Part shown: piece after piece, positions 1 to 10,461 of the stretch
Position numbering within the stretch: position 1 is the first letter of the stretch
Layout of the letters: every line of letters begins with the position of its first letter
Assembly (NCBI GenBank): GCA_002633005.1
Contig: NMRA01000168.1
Span: forward strand, 375,129-439,128
Source of the DNA: Phoronis australis
Lineage: Eukaryota > Animalia > Phoronida
Reading direction: 5' to 3'
Length of the DNA stretch: 64,000 nt
The notes under the pieces: model-generated
What the model was told of the DNA's origin: nothing
The model's input: the letters and a program-made list of their open reading frames with translations, nothing else
The model's database searches: none
Translations under genes and position numbers: made by a program

Positions 1-1690
1 TGTAGCAGGAGTCCTGGAATCGTGTATAGTCAGCTCTGCAAGACATAGCTAATTTTAATATCATCAAAGATTCTTGTATATTCTGTTGAGATTTACGGTT
101 CTCAAGCACTTCCTGTCGCACTCGTGTCAGCTCCTCCCATATTGTTTGTAATTGCGACAGAATGACGTTTGTGAAGCTCCCCTGAATCTCCTCCATTTTG
201 TTCAGCCTGTCGTCAAGGTGAAGCTTTAACTCTGTGTTGTTCATGGTTTGTTCATGCACCGCATTAGACATTACAATGAGGTTGATGATGCCAATGGACA
301 CCAGTATGCTTGTACAACTGGCCATCTCGTCAGAGTAAGTGACTGTGTGCTTTGTGAAGCCGATGTTTGTTTGAACCACCTGTCGGCTGACTGTTCTCAC
401 GTGTTGATAGGATTCTGTTGTGTAATAGTTGATTATTTGGGCATTATCTAGGGAATGTCTGAGAAGTGTTCATTGGCGGATTTGGTTCATAAAATGGAAA
501 GACCAGGAGAGAGGCGTTTGCTTCTCGAAATATTCAACTTTTAATATATGGTGCAAGCCATAAGTATTCAGACCCAGAATTGCCTTTTGTGACGGCTGAG
601 CAGAATTCATGGTCAGAGTAGTCTTCCCTCAGTACTGAAGCGGAATTAACAGGAGTTAATCAACTGATTAACCCATTGTGTAATTAGAATTTTACTCCCC
701 TGATAATTATTTTCATTGATTTTTGCGGTTAATGGAATTGCAGTATAAGATGATCACTTACTTAGAGATGTGGTAGGTTGGTTGCAGACGTTTCGACCTG
801 GTCCGCCATGTCTTTGTAAATGAATGAGGGATTTGCCGCCTTTCGCTGGTTAAGAATGTTAGAATACATGGGAGGAATTAGTCGTCATGACGGAAAGTCG
901 TATTTTGTCCAATTAATTTCGTCTTGTGTTCCATCCATATTCTTTTTCTTGGTGGATGGAGCAGTTATATGCATGCCAATGCCTGGCTTATGTATGTTAC
1001 ATATTGTTCTTTTGTACAGTGAGTGTATGGCCTTTATTACAGAAATAAATTGATATATTTATGAATAACAGTGGCTATAACATGTTACGCATATCCGTAT
1101 GCAACATTTGAAGTTATATCAATCAAGTGCTACTTTGGCTGGTCAAAAATGGCCAACCCCAAACTGACTTAAAATGAGAATGAAACCATTTAGAGAAATA
1201 CGGATGTAGGTGTCTTGACCCGCACACCTTTAGTCTGTTGGACAATTTGGAGGACCTATGGTCCGTGTTTGTTTTTTGTCCTTTTTCGCTTCCTATTTTA
1301 ACGTTAAGCAATCACAGTGTGTCAATGAAATTATTTTTGTGCCAATGACACTTGGCGCCCACACAAAATTTTACCTGAATATATATGTGTATGTGATTTG
1401 ACTTTTATTGCCACTTACAAAATGGCAGGAATTAATATAGTTACGGTATAAACAGCATTGTTTGCAGCTTGTAAAGTTTTATAGCTGGTATCAACATGGT
1501 TGTGATATCGTTGTGCTGTGTTACTGGTGGATTTAGGATGTCGTAAAGGGGGAGGGTGCAACCACGATTTTTGTGGGAAAATGTTTTTTGTCTCTAAGTT
1601 ATTAGACATAAAAGCAGTCCATAACAATACTAGTAAGGAAGCAGTTAAAGTTGTTGTATTACTTTAAACTCCTCTTTTTCTTGTCCTAAG

Positions 1691-2470
1691 GTAACTCTGT
1701 TGGTCATCGCTCACTGATGCGTTACTACCGCCAAAACCTACCTCCTCAGCGCAAGGTGAACAAGACCTCAGTGGACCGAGTGCTGGGCCAGTATAGAGCT
1801 CTGGGTTGGCAGGGCAGCACTGGTGAGTATGGAGTGGGGATTAGGTCAGTAAGGAAGATGACCATGTACTGGGCCAGTATAGAGCTTTGTGCTGGCAGTG
1901 CGGTACTGGTGTGTATGGAGTGGGGATTAGGACAGTAAGGAGATGACCATGTACTGAGCCAGTATAGAGCTTTGTGCTGGCAGGGCAGCACTGGTGAGTA
2001 TGAGTGGCGATTAGGGTAGTAAGGAAGATGACCATGTACTGGGCCAGTAGGGCTCTGGGCTGACCCAGCGGTATTGGTGTGTATAACAGGTGATTGTGAG
2101 TGTCAATTACAAAATAACATTTCTTTGAGTCTGTAGCAACATAACTGCAATTTTTATCAAGATCCTTCAGTACCATTCACATTGTGATCTATACAAATTT
2201 GAGCCACTTTGTGTGAATGGGAACAATGCAGAAGGCCTGCTGCCAATATTTATTCTAATCTATCTTGGGGCTATAACTGTAATTGGATGCTGAGTTGTGG
2301 CAATTCCAGGCAGATACAGTCATGTGGTGTTTATTACAGGTGATATAGTGAAGAAGAAGGTGCAAGATTTGAATTTCATTCAAAGGCAGCGGCAGCGGTT
2401 TGAAATGCGGGTTGGCATGCAACAGAACAAGCTACCAAAGCCTGATAGAAATCGTGGACTGAAGGCATAG
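1691..2470 (+). CDS. ZNF622: ZNF622/Rei1-like cytoplasmic 60S maturation factor, last two coding exons (1691-1822, 2340-2470); upstream exons probably lie left of the window
   Basis: AG|exon 1691-1822|GTGAGT encodes GNSVGHRSLMRYYRQNLPPQRKVNKTSVDRVLGQYRALGWQGSTG, which matches the recalled ZNF622 C-terminal motif GHRSLMRYYKQ...VGRVLQQYRALGWTGSTG. A phase-1 join to ttattacAG|2340-2470 gives DIVKKKVQDLNFIQRQRQRFEMRVGMQQNKLPKPDRNRGLKA*. AATAAA at 2763-2768. Confidence 0.88.
1780..2085 (+). repeat. ~85-bp minisatellite (about 3.5 copies) derived from the ZNF622 exon 3' end plus its donor site
   Basis: Units starting near 1780, 1867, 1951 and 2036 share GT(A/G)CTGGGCCAGTATAGAGCT...GCACTGGTGAGTATGGAGTGGGGATTAGG...AAGGAAGATGACCAT. 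Confidence 0.9.
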
Positions 2471-2790
2471 TGTGGAGTGTGAAGTTGAAAAGGGGACCCA
2501 CTACAGTACATGGAGTGCTGTTTCAGTTTTCCAAGTTATGTCATTTTCGTTTTATGCTACTTTTTTCATGCATATCACAGAAGACCTATTTTTCATAGCC
2601 TCTCTTGCAAAAGTGAATCACTGTAAAGGCAATTAGTAACAGCTTTTTGGAAAACAGTGCAAACAGCTTAGTATGTGAAAGTTTCATTTGATTGCAATCG
2701 GCCATTTCTGAGATGTGATGTTCGAAGTTAGCCAAATGTCTTGTAGGGTTCTACCTAACACTAATAAACAGGTGATTCATTGCTGCTGCA

Positions 2791-2942
2791 GTTATTGTTA
2801 TGTGATTGGTTCGTGTGGCATGTAATTGTTATGTGATTGGACCTTGTGGCAAGTTATTGTTATGTGATTGCTTGGTGTGGCGAGTTATTATGTGATTGGT
2901 CATTGTGGCAAGTTATTGTTATGTGATTGGTTGCTGTGGCAA
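2791..2942 (+). repeat. ~30-bp tandem repeat (5 copies)
   Basis: Repeated GTTATTGTTATGTGATTGGnnnnGTGGCA units. Confidence 0.9.
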
Positions 2943-3324
2943 TCCTACGAGCCCACCAAAAAGAAAACTCATAGATCTAGTATGGTAACAACAATAATAC
3001 AGAAACCGGTGTGCTTACTTTGCAAGCCAGACTGGGAAGTCTCATAGGAAACTTTCTCGTATTATAAATGCACTGTCAATTAGAAAAATACGTTTTCAAG
3101 CCAAAATAAAAGTGCACTAATAGGTCTGTCTCAGAATGTTCAGCGATAGAACTCTCCCTTGTCCTGGAAGTAAGAAAGCAGGTTGTTTTCAATGACCTAG
3201 TCATTTTAGAATATCAGGCACATTTTCACAAGTTGTGGGAAACCGTCAAATCGGAGGTTATAGCTGTGGAAATAGTCTAGCTGTTTTTTAAAGCGCTGTG
3301 ATTGAAAGGTATCTTCAAGAAAGG

Positions 3325-3515
3325 GGATTCTGTTTGGCTCGTAGTTCACCCGACCGACGAATTTCCTTTATCAGCTCTGCATTTTCTTGCTTTTGATTGA
3401 TGTGGGGGGGAAGGTGACGAACTTAAGATCATGCTTCCACGGATATTTCTCACATTTATCCAACTTTCTCCGGTTGAAGTTGCAGCCCACAGCACAGCAG
3501 TAATTTCTTTGTTGG
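3325..3515 (-). pseudogene. Degenerate THAP zinc-finger fragment (DNA transposon remnant)
   Basis: NYCCAVGCNFNRRK...LKFVTFPP...(stops)...KFVGRVNYEP resembles the THAP C-x-x-x-G-C...F-P pattern. Interrupted by stop codons. Confidence 0.55.
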
Positions 3516-6096
3516 CAATGGTAGAACGAATAGAGTGATGCAGCCGAGAAAAACTTGTAAAGAATAGACCACACTAACAAGGAAGATGAAGTACACCAAC
3601 GGTGCAAAAATGCCTGGCTACAAAAGTGCTTGACCGATGTTCCAGTATTGTGGGTAATTATAGTGAGATTCAAGTGTTGCTGTGTTATCTGGGATGCCCC
3701 TATTGCCCCAAGCAAACAGTTTCAGTGTAAAATGATATCTGATTATGTAGGTTTGGGACACTTGCGTTCTAAGGTGCCCAAGACGGATTTGTAATGGAAG
3801 CAATGATGAATTCTTCCTTCTGTAACAGATTACGTTACAACTCTGTAGCATTGGTGTACGGACTACTACCAGTTTTGTCCTTGTTACAAACCAGTTGTCT
3901 GTCCTGTACCTGAGTCTCTAGGTTCGATTCGTCATTTTCCCTATTGTTTAAAGGTGAAAGCTTAGTTTCTTGTGTTTCAATCTCATTTAAAGCAGAATGG
4001 TGCCCTGTTTAACTGGCTAGAAACGGAAATCGAATTGGGCAGAAACGGAAATCGAATTGGGCCTTTTACTTTGATAAAATGGTATATCCGACCTTAACTT
4101 ATGGCGCAGAAGTGTGTGGGTTTGGAGTCGGTCTGTTAATATTCCTTAGGGTGACAGGTTTCTACTTCCATCACCAACAAGAACACCCAAACCATGTACA
4201 TGTATGACTCAAAGGTGCTTCAGAGTTTATTGGGGTTAGCCAACCCTGAAATTGGGACTTTGATATGTGCATTGCCTGTGTCTTGAGTTGCTACTTCATT
4301 CGGCAATAATTCAAGATTGGATGAGCATGGTAATATTAAATATGAAAGTGCTTCCATTAAGAATTCAACCTTGACAACAAAGCAGTGGCGAAATATCCCT
4401 TTAAACTTGTCATTAATGAATTTAAATTCTTCAGTTGCACCTTGCACACATCCCTATAGAAGTTTTACCCCAGCGCCACAGGAAAGCATTATGCCAGAAC
4501 TCCTTACTGGCCTTAAACTCCAATCCCTCATGTGATCAGGGCTGATGACAGCCTGGTGTAAACAGTGGTAAATAACCACGGCCTAACTAATAAAAGCTTA
4601 ATTTAATTATAGAATCGCCAGAAAATAACTTGCACCGTGTTTTTTCAGCCAGAGAAACTAACTTATTTGGGTCTTTGATTTTTAAAAAGCAGTGGTCTAT
4701 TACAGCTGCATTTCGCCCTGCTTAGCTAGCTAACCAACAAAAAGCGAACTGTGCATTTTACTCTAAAAAATCTGTCTGGTAATATTCCGTAGGCTTCGGT
4801 GAAAATATTACGTTACCATCTTGAGTCGCAGGTAATGCCTAAACGCGCCACTTGCGAATTTACATCGGCAGTTCTTGGAGGTCAACCTCAATACACTCTT
4901 GAGCGTTTTCTTCATGAGTCTTTGGTAGGCTCGATGTTTTGTGTCAGTGGTCTATAAATCTTCTGGCAAAACTTTTTAGTTCGACAATACTCATGTATTC
5001 TGACCACATTTTTGTTCGTGTTTTTGAACAAAAGCATGTATACCTGGCGAATGGTGGTTATTCGAGATATGGAAAGAAACCGGGGTGGCCTTTTCATTCT
5101 CGTGCAGTCTAGTTACCAGCGTCACCACATTGCCGTCACATAAATGTCAAAGATCATTATGTCAGAGATAATTTGCTATAAGCTTCGCCATGCATTCATA
5201 AGCGACACAAGTGTTATATAGAATAAGCACAACTGATACATTTTTCTCTGAAATGTTGTTTTTGTTCTGTTCTGGAATTTTCCTCTTTTAAGAGAATTTC
5301 TTCTTTTTGGTTTCGATTTCTTCTTATTTGATTTCATGCAAAAATTTTACAACACATTTTTTTTCTGTCGCACCAGCCGGTCTGTGGAACGATACGTCAC
5401 TTGGAAAATTTTCCTCTTGTTTTGTCATTGGTCATTCCAAGCCCTGTCTGTTCATATTGGGCCATGCACCTAGTGTCACACAAAATTGAATTAATGGGTC
5501 ATGGGAACATGGGTCTGGGGATAACAAGGTGAGGGAACATGGGGTGTTGTAGTGTTGAGGCGGGTATCATCAGGGTGACGGTTGTCACCTGGGAAACGAT
5601 GGGACGAGGAAAATAAGCCTACAAGAGGTGGAAACTTAAGGCAGGGATAATTTTAGGAGTGCCCCCGCGTAAAAATAATTTCATTGAGGGATTAAGATTG
5701 ATAAACTCGGACTAACCGGCTCATTAAAATTGGAAACGAAAAAAGAACAAAAACTAACATTTCCCATAGCCGAGTTCTCGAGGTTGACCCGTAGACTTGA
5801 GGCTGATTTGTTACTGTACTTGAAATTTCAAGGTTCACTTTAATTTTGTAGCTTAAACTTTTGATTTAGGCCACTTACCGTTATAAAACCCGGCGGGTCC
5901 GCTTGCATGGAGCCGATCTGCCGCCTGAACAGAAACAAAAGTGTTGCATCAGATGCGTTGAATTGACAATGTTGAACAGTGCAGATAAGTTTCATGCTAC
6001 CAATCCCTGACCTCAAATTATTCTTTGCTCACAGTCCTCGTTATTTCTCAGCACAAAGCTGTTCCTGAGCCGAGAAAATTCGAAGCAGGATATAAA

Positions 6097-6994
6097 CGGG
6101 GTGTTCATTCGAAACAGGAACCCCGGTGAAAACAGATATCTCGGAGTCGAAAACAGACTCCTGCACCCTCAAATCAGCTAACGTGCCCGAAAAAAATACG
6201 AAGCCGACCTTTGAAACAGGAACCCCGGAGATCGGACAGGACACCCGGGGACCGAAACTCCACAACCGCACTTTCTGTTCAACATTGATGAAAAATGATT
6301 TTCCTATTTTAAATTGTTGTGATATATTGTACTACATGAGAATTTTAGGTAACTTTTGACGGATTGACGTTCTACGTTATTCTACAGTGGTGCTTTTGCG
6401 TCGGCTTTCGGCGCCGTGAAATATGGCGTCACCCATTACCCAGGTTTTCCCTCCAGTTCTTAAATCAACTGTTCTTCCACGAGGTTGCGTACATTTGTCA
6501 CAACTAATTAATCAACAATGGCACTCGAAAATCGAAATAATATTTTTGTTTTTCATGTTTGTAAATGTGTTTGGAGAAACCATTCAATAATCTGAAATTA
6601 ACTAAATATTCACCGAGTTAACAACGTGTTGAGAGTATTTTTATCTTGAAATTCTCTCACAGACAAGTTGCACGAGTTTTACCGATTTGAAAAACAAATA
6701 ACAAAGTCAATATAATAGAAATTACGTTTTATTATGGACAATCTTTTAACAAACAAATGCCGAAAATATAAGGAAAGTACTTGAAAATGCTTTAACTCAA
6801 AGTTTGAGGCTACTGACAACGGCGCGGGTCTCGGAAAATTGTCCGGGTTTCATGTCCGATCTCCGGCGTCATGTTTTAAAGGTTGGGGTTCATGTTTGTT
6901 CGTGATGGTTAGCAGTTTTGAAGGTGCAGGAGCCTGTGTTCGACTCCGGGATATCTGCTTTACACTGGGGTTCATGTTTCGATGGAACACTCTG
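6097..6994. mobile_element. Non-autonomous DNA transposon (MITE-like) with long imperfect TIRs
   Basis: CGGGGTGTTCATTCGAAACAGGAACCCC... at 6097 is the inverse of ...GGGGTTCATGTTTCGATGGAACACTCTG ending at 6994, with >100 bp of inverted similarity. ATAAA direct repeat at 6092-6096 and 6995-6999. Confidence 0.75.
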
Positions 6995-7440
6995 ATAAAG
7001 GGACCACTTTATAACGGTAACTCAGTGAAGTGACCATAACTAGTGAAACTAATCAACGTGTTTTGAAAAAGGCGTTTTCCAACTACACCTATGTGTGAAA
7101 GATTAGTAAAGTGTGCCATCAAATTAACAGACGAATCTGTTCATTTCTGGTTATAAATTCACCGAAGAAGGGCATTAATCTTTGGAATCGTAGGCCTAGT
7201 TCCAAACTGCACGATCAGGTGGCGCACATGAATTGAGAAATGTGCCATTACTTTGTGTATTTGATTGCGAAAAATAACAAACTTTGCGTATTTAGTTATG
7301 GAAGTGGCGTTTGCACTCTATTCCGAGTCATTTTCAGCCGGACTAGCAAAATTTAGCGAGCTCAAATTTAGTCAGATTTCAAGGACATGTGCACATTTAA
7401 CACTTTTTACTTCAAACAGTATGTAATCATTTGTGAAGGA

Positions 7441-7747
7441 CAGTGGCGGATCTAGGACACCATAAGGGGGTGGGCCCAACATCCTCGGGGATTAGAGCAA
7501 AGGGCGACTGTATGTGCACAGGCGGCCCGAGAGTTGCGTGAGCCGAGGATGTAGACCTTCTGTTCAGAAAATATGCGGTGGACTAAAAAAACGAGAACGT
7601 GTGTGTCCGCGTCCCCCCCCCCCCCCCCCCCCCCCCCCNCTGGTCCTAGCTCCTGAACTCAATATTTCCTCACGTTTCACGCTGTGTGCTGTTTCATTTT
7701 GCTTGCGGCAGCCAGGGGGAGGGCCCTCCCCCCCTAAATCCGCCTAT
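7441..7747. mobile_element. CAGTGGCGGATCTAG-type (hAT-like) MITE; related pieces near 19197-19404 and 30002-30918
   Basis: CAGTGGCGGATCTAGG starts and ...CCCCCTAAATCCGCCTA ends recur at three places. This copy contains a poly-C tract with an N. Confidence 0.55.
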
Positions 7748-8339
7748 AAAAGAAAAACAGAAATGATCCACATATTTTAGTAGTTTCATAAGCCATGCAT
7801 GGCCTGTCGTGTCTAGCGAAGACTCGAAGTGATTTTGTTTTCTCGCAAGAAATTTGCTCTTTGTGTAACGCAAGTCTGCCGCGAGGCAGGTTTTCCCCGA
7901 CGTATTTCGACTCGGAAGTCGCCATGACCGTCTTGGTGTGCCGAGAAAGCCTTTTGTTCGTCGTAGTCACAGTTGCATGATAATGACGAAAACGAGGCCA
8001 CTCGTGACTATACAGTCACCAGGTGGATTGCGAAATAGCCATCCGCGGAGTCTTGGCAGGGAATTCAACACACTGATGGTTGCATTGTAGCTCAGTCAGG
8101 TCCGGGTTGTGACCTTGTTGGATATTAACATCACTGGGACACCCACCGGGTGGAACAATGTAGGAACCTTCATTCGTATTCGAAACGGCACTCGTAGTAG
8201 TTTTCACTGCATAATCTGTATTGAAAATAGTGCCTTAGACACCCTTATGTCATTAATCGACCCGTCCACCCGGCGTCCACTCGTGACAAAAGCATCGGAT
8301 GTTTCGATCTGCGTGTTTTTTGTGTACACAAGTAAGTCA

Positions 8340-8418
8340 CACGTGGTATAAATAGCTAGTCGGCTTCAGTTATCACTACCGTAGTCTCCTACACAGACCC
8401 ACGAGATTTTTGACGTCA
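8340..8418 (+). promoter_or_regulatory. Candidate core promoter of the CYP gene
   Basis: E-box CACGTG at 8340-8345 next to TATAAATA at 8347-8354, and a CRE palindrome TGACGTCA at 8411-8418. Possible short 5' UTR intron ending at ...TATAACAG (8508), 9 nt before the ATG. Confidence 0.4.
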
Positions 8419-8517
8419 GCTTGTGAGGCCCGGGAACCAGGTTACAGTTATCACCACATAATCGTCACAAGTAGGCCGTTTTTGATTTGGCCTACTAGTT
8501 TATAACAGGTTTGAAAA

Positions 8518-10023
8518 ATGGCTATTATCGACCTCTCACTTGTTGAGAACAATCTTGGCTGGACTACATTTGTTGTCGCCGTAACTTGCGTCGTACTATG
8601 GGAGATTCTGCAAATTAGACAAAGACGAGGTTTACCACCTGGCCCAAGACCATTACCTGTCCTTGGAAACGTGTTGCTGTTTTTGCGGGACAGGCCTGAA
8701 GAGGTTTTGCGGAAGTTGGCGCAAACGTATGGCGACATTTTCACGATAGAGATATTTATTTATAGGATGGTGGTTATCAACTCATTCGAGCTGAACAAAA
8801 AAGCATTTTCGCGCGACGAGTTTTCTGGAAGACCGGATATGTCTGCCGATTATGGCGGTGTTTACCCGAGCAATGCTGGAATCGTCGACGCAGAGGGAGA
8901 CATTTGGAAAACGAACAGGAAGTTTTGTCTGCGCCACCTTGGCGACATGGGATTCGGAAAGAAGAAGTTTGAGGCTCAGATTATGTTGGAGGTGAGAGAA
9001 CTAGTAGGTGAATTGAAGAGAAAAACTGGGCAGAATTTTAACCCGCATGCTGTTGTTGCTAATTCTGTTTCTAATATTATATGCGGCCTGGTTTTTGGAA
9101 AAAGATATGAATACGATGACGCGGAATTTTTGGAATATTTACATTCATTTGATACTATAACTAACCTTCCGTTTTTAAGTAGTTTTGTTCCTGGTGCCCA
9201 GTACATCCCTGGTTTGCGCGCTTCTGTCACGAAGTTTCTAGGTGCATTGCGTAAAACTGACGATATCATTTCTAAGCATATTGTGAAGCACCAGGAAGAA
9301 AAGAACTCCGAATTAGGCGATATCATTGCAATATACCTTGATGCGAAACAGAATATGGGAGAATCCTCTAAAATTCTGGACAGTACTGTTTTCGAGGATA
9401 TTCACATCCGAAAAACTGCTTGGGATTTATTCATCGCCGGCACGGAAACTACCGCAAGTACACTTCGCTGGGCCGTGGCACATCTTGTGAATTTTCCCGA
9501 TATACAAGAAAAGTTACGCTGTGAAATTCATCAAGTGGTCGGATCTGAACGGGACCCAACCCTTGCTGACAAACCACAGATGCCCTACACCCAAGCGTTT
9601 CTAGCTGAGCTGCAGCGCATCGTAAACTTGGTGCCTTTCGCCGAGTTCCACAGGGCGACGGTTGATGTTGCATTCGAGGGATATCGTATTCCCAAGGACA
9701 CTAACGTGATATCGCATCTGTATGGCGTCAATATGAATGAAAGCAATTTTCCTAATCCAAAAGTCTTCCGCCCGGAAAGATTTCTGGACAGTGATGGGAG
9801 CTTCAAGAAATCGCTAGCAGACTTGACAATTCCGTTTGGCATCGGTAAACGCGTTTGTCTGGGTGAATCTTTGGCTCGTATGGAACTATTTCTTTTTCTT
9901 ACTACAATAGTACAACGCTTCGCGTTCTCTTGCGCTACCGGAGAGTCTAACCCAACTCTTGAAAGAAATGGACATATTATCAATGCCCCTGGAGCCTTCA
10001 ACGTACACGTCACGTCAATATAA
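8518..10023 (+). CDS. Cytochrome P450, CYP2 clan, intronless CDS, 501 aa
   Basis: N-terminal TM anchor, PPGP hinge, WxxxR (WKTNR), NIICGLVFGKRYEYDD, I-helix AGTETT, ExxR (ELQR), PERF, heme motif FGIGKRVCLGESLARMELFLF. Uninterrupted ORF. Confidence 0.96.
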   Translation: MAIIDLSLVENNLGWTTFVVAVTCVVLWEILQIRQRRGLPPGPRPLPVLGNVLLFLRDRPEEVLRKLAQTYGDIFTIEIFIYRMVVINSFELNKKAFSRDEFSGRPDMSADYGGVYPSNAGIVDAEGDIWKTNRKFCLRHLGDMGFGKKKFEAQIMLEVRELVGELKRKTGQNFNPHAVVANSVSNIICGLVFGKRYEYDDAEFLEYLHSFDTITNLPFLSSFVPGAQYIPGLRASVTKFLGALRKTDDIISKHIVKHQEEKNSELGDIIAIYLDAKQNMGESSKILDSTVFEDIHIRKTAWDLFIAGTETTASTLRWAVAHLVNFPDIQEKLRCEIHQVVGSERDPTLADKPQMPYTQAFLAELQRIVNLVPFAEFHRATVDVAFEGYRIPKDTNVISHLYGVNMNESNFPNPKVFRPERFLDSDGSFKKSLADLTIPFGIGKRVCLGESLARMELFLFLTTIVQRFAFSCATGESNPTLERNGHIINAPGAFNVHVTSI

Positions 10024-10392
10024 ACTACAATATGCCTATTGTATTTCACGACCCAGCTGTTGTATATGGCATCTTATCTAAGAAGTGGTGGATAACTGTG
10101 AACGGATTTAATATTCACAGCGAGCGATTGTTTGTTGAGTATTCATTCACCGGCTCTGAAAGAATAATGACTAGTCTTTAGTAAAGTAACATTGTTTAAA
10201 AATTCAGGTGATTTGCACAGCTTCAGTTTTATAATTTCGAAAACAGCTAGAGACCCGCGCTCATTTCTGCAGGGGATAAATATGGCGCGATATATAGAGT
10301 AAAGTGAAAACTCGCATTTTAAAATGTGTCGATGTAATCGCTTGCCTGCACTTTACACCTATATCGTGCCACTGTCCTTGCAGGGGTTTGCC

Positions 10393-10461
10393 CTCGCTGG
10401 TTCCCTGCGTGCCGCTAGGTGGTAGCCAGCGTGCTGGCTAGGCACGTAAGGAATCAGCGAG
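10393..10461. mobile_element. Collapsed (TIR-only) MITE, same family as 17717-18316
   Basis: CTCGCTGGTTCCCTGCGTGCC...GGCACGTAAGGAATCAGCGAG inverted pair, flanked by the direct repeat GGGTTTGCC (10384-10392 and 10462-10470). Confidence 0.7.

Noticed and set aside
1-470. Cys-rich coding-like sequence
   Set aside because: Broken frames, no recognisable family and not ZNF622. Probably a decayed transposon ORF inside the ZNF622 intron.
7613-7640. Poly-proline ORF or G-quadruplex at the poly-C tract
   Set aside because: Homopolymer containing an N inside a MITE; its length is unreliable.
8451-10049. Antisense ORFs overlapping the CYP (8451-8744, 8976-9326, 9449-9673, 9585-10049)
   Set aside because: Shadow ORFs of the real coding strand with no recognisable motifs.
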